Origin: an uncultured virus (IMG/VR IMGVR_UViG_3300008120_000147)
Taxonomy: Duplodnaviria > Heunggongvirae > Uroviricota > Caudoviricetes
Reading direction: 5' to 3' (one strand)
Virus record (IMG/VR): IMGVR_UViG_3300008120_000147
Location: 1-64,000 of that record
Length of the DNA stretch: 64,000 bases
This document shows positions 1 to 10,090 of the stretch, piece by piece. Every line of letters starts with the position of its first letter. Position 1 is the first letter of the stretch. The notes under the pieces were generated by a model. That model did not search any database. It was not told the DNA's origin and was given only the letters and a program-made list of their open reading frames with translations. Made by a program: the position numbers and the translations under genes.

Positions 1-55
1 AAAAAAAAAGAAAATATAATTAAATATATAGATTAATAAAAAAATTAATAAAGAC

Positions 56-1167
56 ATGAAAAAAATTGTTAAAAATTTTAGAGGATTTCAAAAAGTCTAC
101 GAAAATGAATTGAACTCTCAAGATAAATCAACTGGTAAAATTGAGACAAAACCAGAAGAAGCAAAAAAAGCAGCTGAGTTGATTAATCAATCAATTCAAC
201 AAGATTCACAAAATGCCCCAATTAAAAATCTTTTAGATAAAATCGAGGCACAATCTCAAAAAGAAATTAGAGAGGCTATTGATCCAAAATCCTTTACTAA
301 AGCAATTTCAGCATCAGATCCACAAAGTGAAGCTGAGTTAAAATCAAAAGTAGAAGCACTATCTAAAGATTTGAATGTTACTGAGGAAATGCAATCACTG
401 TATGCAACTCTAAAAGAGACAATTGAAAAAAATGCACCAAAACATCCTACTTTTGGGAAGTTAAAATATATAGATGTAGACAACTGTATTCTCCATTATG
501 AGACCGCGAAAAAGTTTGACATCTTTGGAGAAGAAGAAGGAAATATTCGATTTGAAGTGACTGAAAGTGAAAGAAAACATATTGAAAATATACTTTCTGA
601 ATCTGTTGCAAAACAAAAAACCCTTAAGTGGCTATCAGCAGCGGCACAAGTTTTAGGAGGATCAATGTTTTTATTAGGAATAGGTATGATACTATATGGT
701 GTAGGTAAGAGGAGCCAAATATATGGACGTATTCATGACGAATTAAATAGAAAGTTTGGATTTTTAGACACAGACTCTGGTGCTGATTTTGCACCAAAAC
801 ACCATTATGATCCTCAAAATTACGAAGACAGATGGACACTTTTGGAAAAAAAGAATACGGATATGTTTATAACTGGGATAAAATTTTGACATCAGATCAA
901 TCAGCAGAGCTTAGTAGCAATGCCTTAACATTCATATTAGGTGGAGCAGTCACAAGCGGTGTAGGTGCATTATCTTTTTGGGCTGGAATGGTTTTAGACG
1001 ATAAAAATAAAATAAATGATTTCTTAGATTATTTTACAACTACTTTGAAAGCAGCTTGTTTTACAATCGGACTACCTGTAGAAAAATTGACAAACACAGC
1101 TGATATAAGTGAGGTATTATCAAGAGATTTCTCAATGCAAACACGTAAACCAGGTTATATGTTTTAA
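56..1167 (+). CDS. Hypothetical membrane protein with CTS-like N-terminus, split into ORFs 56-889 and 832-1167 (-1 frame)
   Basis: Two overlapping ORFs, each with a hydrophobic segment; N-terminus MKKIVKNFRGFQKVYE; AAATATATA at 22-30; A_AAA_AAG at 847-853 in the overlap. Confidence 0.55.
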
Positions 1168-1183
1168 TAATAAAATATTAAAT

Positions 1184-1218
1184 AAAAAAAAGAGAGAATT
1201 AAATTCTCTCTTTTTTTA
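1184..1218. terminator. Bidirectional intrinsic terminator
   Basis: A-run, gagagaatt-a-aattctctc hairpin, T-run between convergent genes. Confidence 0.8.
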
Positions 1219-1585
1219 TACCCCAAATTTTATACACTGGTCAGTTATATACTTAGAGTGTTCTAATTGCAAGTGAGTTGCTAAACCAATAGTTATGTGA
1301 TATCCAAAATAAGGATCATTTAACTACGACTTCTTTTCCATCAAAAAGGTCTCTTGCTTGTAAATAAATTTCATCATCTACAATATCGTTAATAAAAGTT
1401 AAGTGAGTTCCTCTTAAAGGTTTGTTTAAGAATAAATTGAATCTTTTTTTCAAAAACCAAGAGTAGTATTCATAAAGGTCACAATCAAATTTTACGATAG
1501 CGACTTTTTTCCACGCAGATTGAGCATTGTGCTTTTTAGTCACATTGATTGGATCAAATACTATTTTTCCCTTCATCTCAAACAT
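1216..1585 (-). pseudogene. 2H phosphoesterase-like gene, frameshifted and probably internally deleted
   Basis: ORF 1316-1585 has GTHLTF; the +1 frame 1216-1317 continues DPYFGYHITIG... with the second HxT motif. Confidence 0.55.
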
Positions 1586-1589
1586 AGAA

Positions 1590-1597
1590 CAAATATA
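1590..1597 (-). promoter_or_regulatory. Bacteroidota-type -7 promoter element TAnnTTTG
   Basis: TATATTTG just upstream of the 1585 start; same class at 3252-3259(-), 33575-33582(-), 60053-60060(+). Confidence 0.55.
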
Positions 1598-1616
1598 GTA
1601 ATTTTTTTTAATATAT

Positions 1617-2012
1617 ATGTTTAATATGATATTTTGGTCAATAACAATAGCTAATATAGTTTGGATACTCTACTCTATCTCAGAGGGTGTAAGAGAAGGT
1701 TTTTTTACACATTATAAAAATCAGTGTAAAAGAAATAGTGAATACAAATGCTCAAATATATTCTATTTACAAAGAATTATAGTTTTACTCACTACATCTT
1801 CTATTTTAATTAGTGGTTTAGGTTTATTATATTCAATACCATTTATTTTAGGTCAAATTTCAATGTTTAATTTTTTTCATAAAATATCTTTAAAACAAAC
1901 CTATAAAAAGATAAATTCAGAAGATATAAAAGACGATAAAGAAAAATTATACAAACCACTAGTAATTAGTGGCATCGCACTACAAGTTTTTGTATATATA
2001 TTCATGTTATGA
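1617..2012 (+). CDS. Hypothetical multi-pass membrane protein
   Basis: 131-aa ORF with 3-4 hydrophobic segments; TAATATATA at 1609-1617. Confidence 0.65.
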   Translation: MFNMIFWSITIANIVWILYSISEGVREGFFTHYKNQCKRNSEYKCSNIFYLQRIIVLLTTSSILISGLGLLYSIPFILGQISMFNFFHKISLKQTYKKINSEDIKDDKEKLYKPLVISGIALQVFVYIFML

Positions 2013-2176
2013 AAAAATTGACAAAAAACGAAATAAAATTACTAAGAGAAAAATTCTTAGTGAAATTCTGTAAAGAAAAAAAATGGAATCCAAATGAACT
2101 GACTACTGGACAAATGTTAATTATATCAAAACATCCTGATTACCTGAACCCAAAAAAAGAATCAATTCAATTTTAA
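2009..2176 (+). CDS. Small hypothetical protein (55 aa, not in ORF track)
   Basis: ATGA overlap with the previous stop; MKKLTKNEIKLLREKFLVKFCKEKKWNPNELTTGQMLIISKHPDYLNPKKESIQF. Confidence 0.6.
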   Translation: MKKLTKNEIKLLREKFLVKFCKEKKWNPNELTTGQMLIISKHPDYLNPKKESIQF

Positions 2177-3232
2177 TCTTACTTTTGATGCACTAACTTC
2201 AGAAAGTTCAGGTATCATTTCTAATAAATCCATCCTATTTGCTAAAAACTCATAATTAGTATCAGTTTCAACATATAAAGAATTACCGTCCCAGGATAAA
2301 TCAGTCAATCCTGGATAAATGTCATTTTGTAAAATCCAATTCCGAATGTCCTGTTTTTCTTTTTCAATTTGCGACTTTGAGATATACATTTTTTTTGAAT
2401 CATCAGCTTCTCCGATGCTAAAATAAGAATACAGATCAATAGACCATTCATCATCTTCATCATACTGCCATTGTTCGTCTTCTTGCTCTTCAAAATCATT
2501 TGAAACATTTCTGACAACAGGTAGTGTTTCCCAATCAATCAAACAAACAGCCTTACAAAGTCTTTTGAGGAACTCTATATCTTGAACTTCTCTTGTAGTA
2601 TGTTCATTATAATAACCAACTGAAATATTAGTACACTCAGGAACAAGTGAGGTAAACTTAGCAGAATCAGTATAAATTCCAGTAGGATCTGGTTTGTATT
2701 CTAATTCAAGTTCTGTGTTGTTCAATCTATCACACAATTCTTTTGCAAATTCATCAGAACAACAAACACCAAAAAGTTGCTCTGTTATTACTGATGTAGT
2801 ACCTCTTCTATCAAATGATACAACTTTTGTAATATATTTAGAGAAATCAGTAGAAAGCCAATTTCTTGATAACTTACCGGAACCAACACAGCCAACTTCC
2901 TCACCTACAAAGAAATAATAAAGTCCAGGAACTTGATTTTCTATCATATAAAGAAGAACAATCATTCCGGCTTTATCATCTGCGCCTAATATTGTTGAAC
3001 CATCAGTCTTAATAAAATCACCTTCAATAACATGATTTACTTTTTCCCTGGCACCACAACTAGTGTCTAAGTGACAAGTAAACATTGTGGTTGGATTTTC
3101 ACCTATTTGTAGGTAGTAATTGTCAAATTCATCTTTGTGTATCTGTTGTGGTAAATAATTTTCAAGTAATTTTTCCGTACCGAAAGGATATGTAAAACTA
3201 GTAAGTTGTTTGAATTTTCTTGATATTCTCAT
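2162..3232 (-). CDS. M28/M20-clan zinc peptidase (paralog 1)
   Basis: CHLDT, GADDKAG, GEEVG, FDRRG, TDSA, NISVGYYNEHT motifs. Confidence 0.85.
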   Translation of the reverse strand: MRISRKFKQLTSFTYPFGTEKLLENYLPQQIHKDEFDNYYLQIGENPTTMFTCHLDTSCGAREKVNHVIEGDFIKTDGSTILGADDKAGMIVLLYMIENQVPGLYYFFVGEEVGCVGSGKLSRNWLSTDFSKYITKVVSFDRRGTTSVITEQLFGVCCSDEFAKELCDRLNNTELELEYKPDPTGIYTDSAKFTSLVPECTNISVGYYNEHTTREVQDIEFLKRLCKAVCLIDWETLPVVRNVSNDFEEQEDEQWQYDEDDEWSIDLYSYFSIGEADDSKKMYISKSQIEKEKQDIRNWILQNDIYPGLTDLSWDGNSLYVETDTNYEFLANRMDLLEMIPELSEVSASKVRLKLN

Positions 3233-3265
3233 GATTATATTAAATTATTTACAAATTTACAAAAT

Positions 3266-3802
3266 TTATTTCTTTTTTTCAAATAAATATTCTAATTTCT
3301 TATCTCTGATGTATGCTAATTTCAAAGATTCTGTAGTAGATGACGTATTGTTAATTTTATCATTTATCCAAACTTCACTTTTATACATTTCTTTATACTC
3401 AGTCCTTATGTGAAATTCATTTACATCATCATTTGATTTATAGTGAAATTCTTTAGCCACTATTATAATGGGTAAATTTAATTTTTCAATTTTTTCTAAA
3501 TATTTCCAAATTAATGATTTATTGATAGACCACATATCGATAACTATTATATCGACTCTAAAAAAATTAGACGAATTTGTTATTTTATCAACAAAGTCAT
3601 CAAAACTACTAATTATAAGCTTATTGTTTAAATAATGAAAAAGACACAAATCGTGAATTTTATTAGAAGATTGTGGTTTTGGTGGCGTTATTAATATATA
3701 ATTACTACCCGCTAAATCAAAAAAATTAACTATATCACTCACACCTCGAGCAACACAACTGATTTCACCAGTGAAATAATTATATTTTTTTAGGCTTACC
3801 AT
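3266..3802 (-). CDS. Hypothetical protein with C-terminal RDKKLEYLF motif
   Basis: 178-aa ORF; VDIIVID resembles a degenerate Walker B. Confidence 0.6.
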   Translation of the reverse strand: MVSLKKYNYFTGEISCVARGVSDIVNFFDLAGSNYILITPPKPQSSNKIHDLCLFHYLNNKLIISSFDDFVDKITNSSNFFRVDIIVIDMWSINKSLIWKYLEKIEKLNLPIIIVAKEFHYKSNDDVNEFHIRTEYKEMYKSEVWINDKINNTSSTTESLKLAYIRDKKLEYLFEKKK

Positions 3803-4178
3803 GTATATTTTTTTTCTTTACATCAACTAAAAAATTATTATTATGTAGAAATTTTCTACCTATTAATAACTGGTATTTCATATTTTTTCTATCAGTAAGA
3901 GTCACAAATATAGAATATTTTTTTTGACCTAGTATCATTTTTAATTTTATACCAAATCTTTTCTGTACCTTACCATTTGAACTCTTTACATCTATTTCAG
4001 TCCATTCATGAAAGATATATGTATGATTTGTTACTTTTACTTTTAAACCACTATCCTCAACTTTTACAAAATCTACATGCAAAGCAGCACTATAAGCACC
4101 AGTATCTATTTTACCAGTAATTACACTTCCATTTAATTTTGGAAAATAAATTTTTTCAGTTCTTCCTATTTTTTTCAT
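3780..4178 (-). CDS. Retropepsin-like (RimK-associated) aspartic protease
   Basis: KIDTGAYS and LLIGRKFL motifs. Confidence 0.85.
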   Translation of the reverse strand: MKKIGRTEKIYFPKLNGSVITGKIDTGAYSAALHVDFVKVEDSGLKVKVTNHTYIFHEWTEIDVKSSNGKVQKRFGIKLKMILGQKKYSIFVTLTDRKNMKYQLLIGRKFLHNNNFLVDVKKKNIHGKPKKI

Positions 4179-4208
4179 TTAGAATAATGTTTTTATGATA
4201 TATAGTAT

Positions 4209-6356
4209 ATGTTACTTATTACAAAAATCTCATATTTCGAATTATTAAATTATAAGAAAAATATATTTAATTGTTTAAACTTAAATTCTTCAAACTCTTT
4301 TATCAACAAGATTATTGTATTTTTGGATGCTCATTTTGATGGACTTCCTAAAAATAATAAAATACAATACATCATCAAAAAAGACTTAGACTCTAAGTTG
4401 ATAGAATACGCAATGAAACAATCTGAAGAAAAAAAATTAATATGGTCAAATCCAAATTATGTATTTACAGAGTATCATTTGAAAAATGCCTCAATTAATT
4501 CTGATTTATATGAAGAAAAAGATAAATATACTTTATTTGAAAGAGGTAAAGATAATTTCTTAGACAAATTAAGAAACAAAGAGGTTTTATTAGAAAAAAA
4601 ATCAAAATTAGTCAATTTATTAGAATCAAATGAAGATATTCCAAAAATAACAAAATCAAATAAAACAACAATAAATAACAAAATAAACAGAAAATTAGAT
4701 GTAATAATTATTTCTGTAAATTATAATGATTATCTTATAGTAACACTAAAACATAATACTAAGATATTTGAAAATATAACAATAGTCACCAGTCCTGATG
4801 ATTTTATGTGCCAAAAAATTTGCGAAGAATATAAAGTAAATTGTGTCGTAACAAATTCAATGTTTGAAAATGGTGATAAATTTAATAAAGGAAAAGCTTT
4901 AAATGTTGGTATAAATAGTTTAGAAAGTCCAGGTTTCATTTTAACATTAGACGCTGATATCATTGTCTCTGATGAAATTGATACAAGTATTTTAAATGAA
5001 AATGTATTATATACTTCAGACAGATGGATATGTCAATCCTATGATAAACTATTACAATCACAACAAGATAAAACAAATATTGGATTATATACAAAATTTG
5101 AAGAAGATAAAGGTTTAGGATTTTTTCACCTATTTCATTACACTAAACAACAATCTTACCCAGAATACTCTAAAAACGCGGCCTTTGATGACTTATTGTT
5201 TCGAGATAAATTTACAGAGAGAGAAAAAATTGAAAATCAAATTATTCATTTAGGCAAAGCCTATAAAAATTGGGACGGTAGAATCACTGAAAGATTTATA
5301 ACAGATATTGAATTTCAGTCTTTATTTGATGATATTGAAGAATACGTAACTATTCTATATCCACCCACAATAAATTGGCATTTATTATTCCAAAGACCTC
5401 AACAATTAATGAAAAATTTTGCTAATCAAAAAAATGTGAGAAGTATATTCTGGAATTCAAGAGGTGAAGTAAGACAAAAAGAAAGAATACAAAAACTAAA
5501 TAATAATTTATTTATAGTTGACCAATATCTGAAAATTGAAGAATTTCAACATCTATTCAAAGGAAAAAAAGTTTATTGGTTCTCACATCCATCACACCAT
5601 TATATAAAAGAACTGACAGATTGGGACTTGGTAATTTTTGACGCAATTGACAATCCGGTTGACGAGTTTGCTGAATGGTCAATTGAGCTTAAAACGGCTG
5701 TAGAAAAAGCAGATGTGATAATCGCATCAGCTAAAATAATGTACGATGAACACAAAAAATCCGGAAAACCAGTCTTTATGTTACCAAATGGTTCTGACTT
5801 TGAACTATTTGAAAAGTCCATCAATAAATTAGAAAAACCAAATGACTTTCCGGACTTGACAGGTCCGGTAGTTGGTTACTATGGCGCGATGGCGACTTGG
5901 CTCGATTGGGATATAGTCGAAAAAATTTCAACAAAATATCAAATTTTAATGATTGGTGGAAATAAATACTATAATGAGAAAATATCAAACGACAATATAC
6001 ACTATTTAGACCATAAAAAAATTGAAGAACTACCAAATTACTTATCTCATATAGATGTACCAATAATTCCATTTAAATTAACAGAAATGATAAAAGGTTG
6101 TGACCCTATTAAATTTTATGAATACATATCATCTGGAAAACCACCAGTAGTAACACAAATGATAGAATTAGAAAGGTTTAAAGATATTTGCTACTTTATG
6201 AATATAGATAATTGTTTGGATATTATAGAAGAGGCAGCAAATGAAGACAATAAAGAATTAGTCAAAAAAAGAATAGAGATAGCAAAACTTAATTCTTGGA
6301 ATGTGAGAGCCGAAACGGCTGTTAAAATAATAAGAAAATATCTAAATGCAAAATAA
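4209..6356 (+). CDS. Multidomain glycosyltransferase (GT-A/GT2-like plus GT-B/GT4-like)
   Basis: FNKGKALN, LDADI DxD motif; QRPQQL, PNGSD, GYYGA, DPIKFYEY. Confidence 0.85.
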   Translation: MLLITKISYFELLNYKKNIFNCLNLNSSNSFINKIIVFLDAHFDGLPKNNKIQYIIKKDLDSKLIEYAMKQSEEKKLIWSNPNYVFTEYHLKNASINSDLYEEKDKYTLFERGKDNFLDKLRNKEVLLEKKSKLVNLLESNEDIPKITKSNKTTINNKINRKLDVIIISVNYNDYLIVTLKHNTKIFENITIVTSPDDFMCQKICEEYKVNCVVTNSMFENGDKFNKGKALNVGINSLESPGFILTLDADIIVSDEIDTSILNENVLYTSDRWICQSYDKLLQSQQDKTNIGLYTKFEEDKGLGFFHLFHYTKQQSYPEYSKNAAFDDLLFRDKFTEREKIENQIIHLGKAYKNWDGRITERFITDIEFQSLFDDIEEYVTILYPPTINWHLLFQRPQQLMKNFANQKNVRSIFWNSRGEVRQKERIQKLNNNLFIVDQYLKIEEFQHLFKGKKVYWFSHPSHHYIKELTDWDLVIFDAIDNPVDEFAEWSIELKTAVEKADVIIASAKIMYDEHKKSGKPVFMLPNGSDFELFEKSINKLEKPNDFPDLTGPVVGYYGAMATWLDWDIVEKISTKYQILMIGGNKYYNEKISNDNIHYLDHKKIEELPNYLSHIDVPIIPFKLTEMIKGCDPIKFYEYISSGKPPVVTQMIELERFKDICYFMNIDNCLDIIEEAANEDNKELVKKRIEIAKLNSWNVRAETAVKIIRKYLNAK

Positions 6357-8265
6357 CTACTGGAACAATTTTTATAAAACGAATCATAATTTCGAAAATA
6401 AGCCAAGTAATTTTTGTTTATTTGTTATGGATTATCTTAAAGAATATCCAAATAATAAAAAAATGATAGATTTAGGCTGTGGTAACGGAAGAGATTTATT
6501 TCATTTTTTACAATCGGGCTATAATTGCACAGGCATCGATAATTCGACAGAAATATGCAAAATATTACAATCTCATAATAACGAAATTAATGTGATATGT
6601 GATTCATTTATCGATTATGATTATAATAATTTTGATATCTATTATTCTCGATTTACTTTGCATGCCTTATCTTATAATGATGTACTAAGATTCATAAACA
6701 ACATTTCAGAAAATATGAATGAAAATTCATTATTGTTTATCGAGACAAGATCTACTATTGGAACAGAATATGAAGAATTAGATTATATCGAGGCTAATTT
6801 CAAATCAGGAATAGGTGAAATACATAAAAGAACATTATTTAAAAAAGAGTGTTTAGTAAAACTATTTAATAAAAAGAGTATTTTTTGTGAATTTGAAATT
6901 GAAGATAAAGGTTTATCTCCTTATATGGGAGAAGATCCTTATTTAATAAGACTAGTTTTAAAAAAAATTAACAAAAAACTACAAATCAAAAAGCTTATCA
7001 GTGAAGTTGAAAAAAAACAATTTTATATTAAAAAAATAGTAGATGAGTATATTGAAATTTTGAATAGAAACGGTATAAATTATAGTATTTTTTTCGGAAA
7101 TCTATTGGGACTTATAAGGCACGATTCTCTATTTATTCCTTGGGATGACGACATAGATATAGTAATAAATAAGGAAGACCTTAATAGAGTTCAAGAATCT
7201 ATAAAAAAAGAAAGTTCTTATAAAATAAAAGAAATAAAAATATCAGACACAACTTTAATTTTTATAATTGATGATATCTGGATTGACTTTTTTTACAACT
7301 TAAAGGAATTTCATGGACTTAATGAAGAATTAGAACTATCAAAAACGATACAGAAGGAAGGCTATAAGTATGCTTTACATTTTGAAAGTATTTTTGAAAA
7401 ATTTTACAATCAAAAAATTGAAGAAATACTTAAAACATGTGTCATTTATAATCATTCATATAATAACAGATGGAATTCAAATAATTTTAATCAATTAAGA
7501 ATTGAGATAGAAGAATGCAATAATTTAGTAAGAGAATCAAGAGCCGAATTAAATAATTTTCAAGTTGAACTTTTTAAAGAATACCATAACGAATCAGGAA
7601 ATTTATATTATTTAGATACAAACTATTTCTATACTATTGAAGAATTAAATAATTTTTTAATGAATATTGTTCAAATAAAAAATTATAAAAAGATTTATCT
7701 ACTACTTGATGAATTTTTTGATTATAAATTCAAAGAATTAGAAATTGATTTTAAAAATTCAAATTTTCACGTTACTAAGCATGTTATGAGTGACAAAAAA
7801 TTAATAGAACTTTTAGGAAATGACATAGAAAGTATTTTCATCGATACTCTAAAATTAGATGAGTTAAACTACACCGATGATGTATTTGATACAATAAAAA
7901 AAATAAATCAGAAATTTGGTGTTGTATTTTTTGGATTAAGTCTTCTCTTACTTACACAAAATAAAAGAGAAATTAAAATTCTTCAGTTTATGGTAATTGA
8001 TAAAAAAATAGAAGAACTTGGATTATCAAAAGAAAAAAATAAACACTGGACTTCTTTTCAGTTTGATAAATTTCAGATAGAAATTTTTGAATATACTAAA
8101 GTAGAAAATGAACTATTCGTAAATGAAGATGTCTATAAAAACACCTTTTTGTATGATAAATTGAAATACAATGTACAATATATTGATGGATTAGTTATCA
8201 ATCCATATCTTCGATTACATAATCTAAAACTCAATGAAGAAGAAATAAAATTTATGTTCTTTTAA
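6346..8265 (+). CDS. Class I SAM methyltransferase fused to LicD-family phosphotransferase
   Basis: IDLGCGNGRD; GNLLGLIRH...IPWDDDIDI. Confidence 0.85.
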   Translation: MQNNYWNNFYKTNHNFENKPSNFCLFVMDYLKEYPNNKKMIDLGCGNGRDLFHFLQSGYNCTGIDNSTEICKILQSHNNEINVICDSFIDYDYNNFDIYYSRFTLHALSYNDVLRFINNISENMNENSLLFIETRSTIGTEYEELDYIEANFKSGIGEIHKRTLFKKECLVKLFNKKSIFCEFEIEDKGLSPYMGEDPYLIRLVLKKINKKLQIKKLISEVEKKQFYIKKIVDEYIEILNRNGINYSIFFGNLLGLIRHDSLFIPWDDDIDIVINKEDLNRVQESIKKESSYKIKEIKISDTTLIFIIDDIWIDFFYNLKEFHGLNEELELSKTIQKEGYKYALHFESIFEKFYNQKIEEILKTCVIYNHSYNNRWNSNNFNQLRIEIEECNNLVRESRAELNNFQVELFKEYHNESGNLYYLDTNYFYTIEELNNFLMNIVQIKNYKKIYLLLDEFFDYKFKELEIDFKNSNFHVTKHVMSDKKLIELLGNDIESIFIDTLKLDELNYTDDVFDTIKKINQKFGVVFFGLSLLLLTQNKREIKILQFMVIDKKIEELGLSKEKNKHWTSFQFDKFQIEIFEYTKVENELFVNEDVYKNTFLYDKLKYNVQYIDGLVINPYLRLHNLKLNEEEIKFMFF

Positions 8266-9244
8266 TTAATATCTCTTTTATTTTTTTCCAACTTAAACCA
8301 TCTCCATAAGGACAATCAGCATCAACAACATAATCATTTTTCATTAAATCAAATAGTTTAGATAATTTATCTGGAGATTCACATAAAAAACTATGAACAC
8401 CAACACTCTCAGGTCTCTCTGTAGTTTTTCTACAAACAATAATTTTCTTATTCAAAAAAGAACACTCTTCCTGAAGTCCACCACTATCACTTATAACAAA
8501 TTTACATTTTTTTATGTAGTCAATTGTCTCTGGATGAGATAAAGGACTTACAATTTTTACATTTTTTAGAATATCTCTGTGTTTTTGAACATCAGGATTA
8601 GGATGCAACGGGATAATAAACTCAATGTCTTTATTTTCAGAAGCTAGTTTGTCTATTGACTCAAACCATTTGTCCATAATAGAAAGATTGTCTCTTCTAT
8701 GTAGAGTAATTAATATTTTATCATCATAAATACAATTAGATTTGTCTATATTATCAAGTCCAGTATTCCCTACAACAAATACATTATCTCTTATATTTTC
8801 ATTCAATAAGTTTTTAGCATTAAATTCAGTTGGACATAAGTGTATAGAAGATATTCTACTTATTAATTGCCTATTCATTTCTTCTGGAAATGGATTAGAA
8901 ATATCACCAGACCTTAGTCCCGCTTCTAAATGTATTATGTTTTTTTGACAATTAAAAGCTGATATAGATATTGCACAAGCAGTAGATGTGTCACCTTGAA
9001 CTAAAACATAATCAACATCATCAAAAATATGTTCATTTCTAAGAATATTTGCTATAATATTATTTAATCTATTAGTTGATAATTCATCACTGATATTCAA
9101 CTTGATATCAACTTTAACTTCACTTAGTAGATCTTTATGTTGACCAGTAAAACAAGTCTTAACCGGTAGGTTATCTATTATTGATTTCACCTTTATATAT
9201 TCTGGTCTAGTACCAAAACAGACTAAAACTCTAGATAAGTCCAT
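8252..9244 (-). CDS. wecB: UDP-N-acetylglucosamine 2-epimerase
   Basis: GTRPEYIK, TGQH, VQGDT, HLEAGLRS, PFPEEMNR, SDSGGLQEE, TERPE. Confidence 0.95.
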   Translation of the reverse strand: MDLSRVLVCFGTRPEYIKVKSIIDNLPVKTCFTGQHKDLLSEVKVDIKLNISDELSTNRLNNIIANILRNEHIFDDVDYVLVQGDTSTACAISISAFNCQKNIIHLEAGLRSGDISNPFPEEMNRQLISRISSIHLCPTEFNAKNLLNENIRDNVFVVGNTGLDNIDKSNCIYDDKILITLHRRDNLSIMDKWFESIDKLASENKDIEFIIPLHPNPDVQKHRDILKNVKIVSPLSHPETIDYIKKCKFVISDSGGLQEECSFLNKKIIVCRKTTERPESVGVHSFLCESPDKLSKLFDLMKNDYVVDADCPYGDGLSWKKIKEILIKRT

Positions 9245-9283
9245 AAATTTAAATTTTTATTATATATAAAAACATTACTTATT

Positions 9284-9312
9284 TAAACATTAGGTAATTT
9301 ACAATCTATAAT
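9284..9312 (+). promoter_or_regulatory. Putative phage early/middle promoter TAAAC-N17/18-TATAA(C/T)
   Basis: TAAAC 9284-9288, TATAAT 9307-9312; same architecture at 19417, 44748, 51566, 55759 (+) and 37024, 53189 (-). Confidence 0.6.
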
Positions 9313-9331
9313 AAAAAAATAAAACCTATTA

Positions 9332-10090
9332 ATGGAAAAATACGCTTTCACCTATATCATAGGATATAGACACAGAGTAGATAGATTTATGAATCTAAAA
9401 AGAGTGTTAGACTGGATTAATGCATTTTCATCTGTTCAAGTAATATTAGTAGAACAAGATAAGTATTCTAAAATTTCACACTTGAATCTCAAAGCACAAC
9501 ACATCTTTTTAAAAACAGACAAACCATATAATAAATCTTGGTCTTTCAACGTGGCTCTTAAATACGTAAAATCAGATATAGTTGCATTTGCAGACTCAGA
9601 TCTTATCATGAACCCAGACGCTCTAATAGAATCACTAAAATTAATTAGTCAATATGAAATGGTGAATCCCTATAATTCTGTAATAGACTTGGACCCTCAA
9701 GAGACAGGACTACCTATAGACCAAATTGTTTCAATTAATAGACCTGGTAGAGGCGAGACGGATCATCAAAAAGTGCCTCTATGTGGGGGAATTTGCATCT
9801 TTAGAAAAGATGCAATAAACAAGATAGGCGGTTGGAATGAAAACTTCATAGGCTGGGGAGCAGAAGACGATTTTCAATCAATTAAAGTTACTAATTTTTT
9901 ATCGTGGACTGAACTACCACATAAATGTTATCATCTTTATCATGTAAGAGAAGCACCTAACATGCCGCTTTATCAAAGAAATATTCAACTATTGAATCAA
10001 TTAGCTACTCTCTCTAAAGAAGACTTAGTCAAAACCATAAATAAAGACATTCCAAAAAATGGCATGAAAAATAAATATGACAATTTTTAA
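9332..10090 (+). CDS. GT2/GT7-like glycosyltransferase
   Basis: YNKSWSFN, FADSD, GGWNENFIGWGAEDDF. Confidence 0.85.
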   Translation: MEKYAFTYIIGYRHRVDRFMNLKRVLDWINAFSSVQVILVEQDKYSKISHLNLKAQHIFLKTDKPYNKSWSFNVALKYVKSDIVAFADSDLIMNPDALIESLKLISQYEMVNPYNSVIDLDPQETGLPIDQIVSINRPGRGETDHQKVPLCGGICIFRKDAINKIGGWNENFIGWGAEDDFQSIKVTNFLSWTELPHKCYHLYHVREAPNMPLYQRNIQLLNQLATLSKEDLVKTINKDIPKNGMKNKYDNF

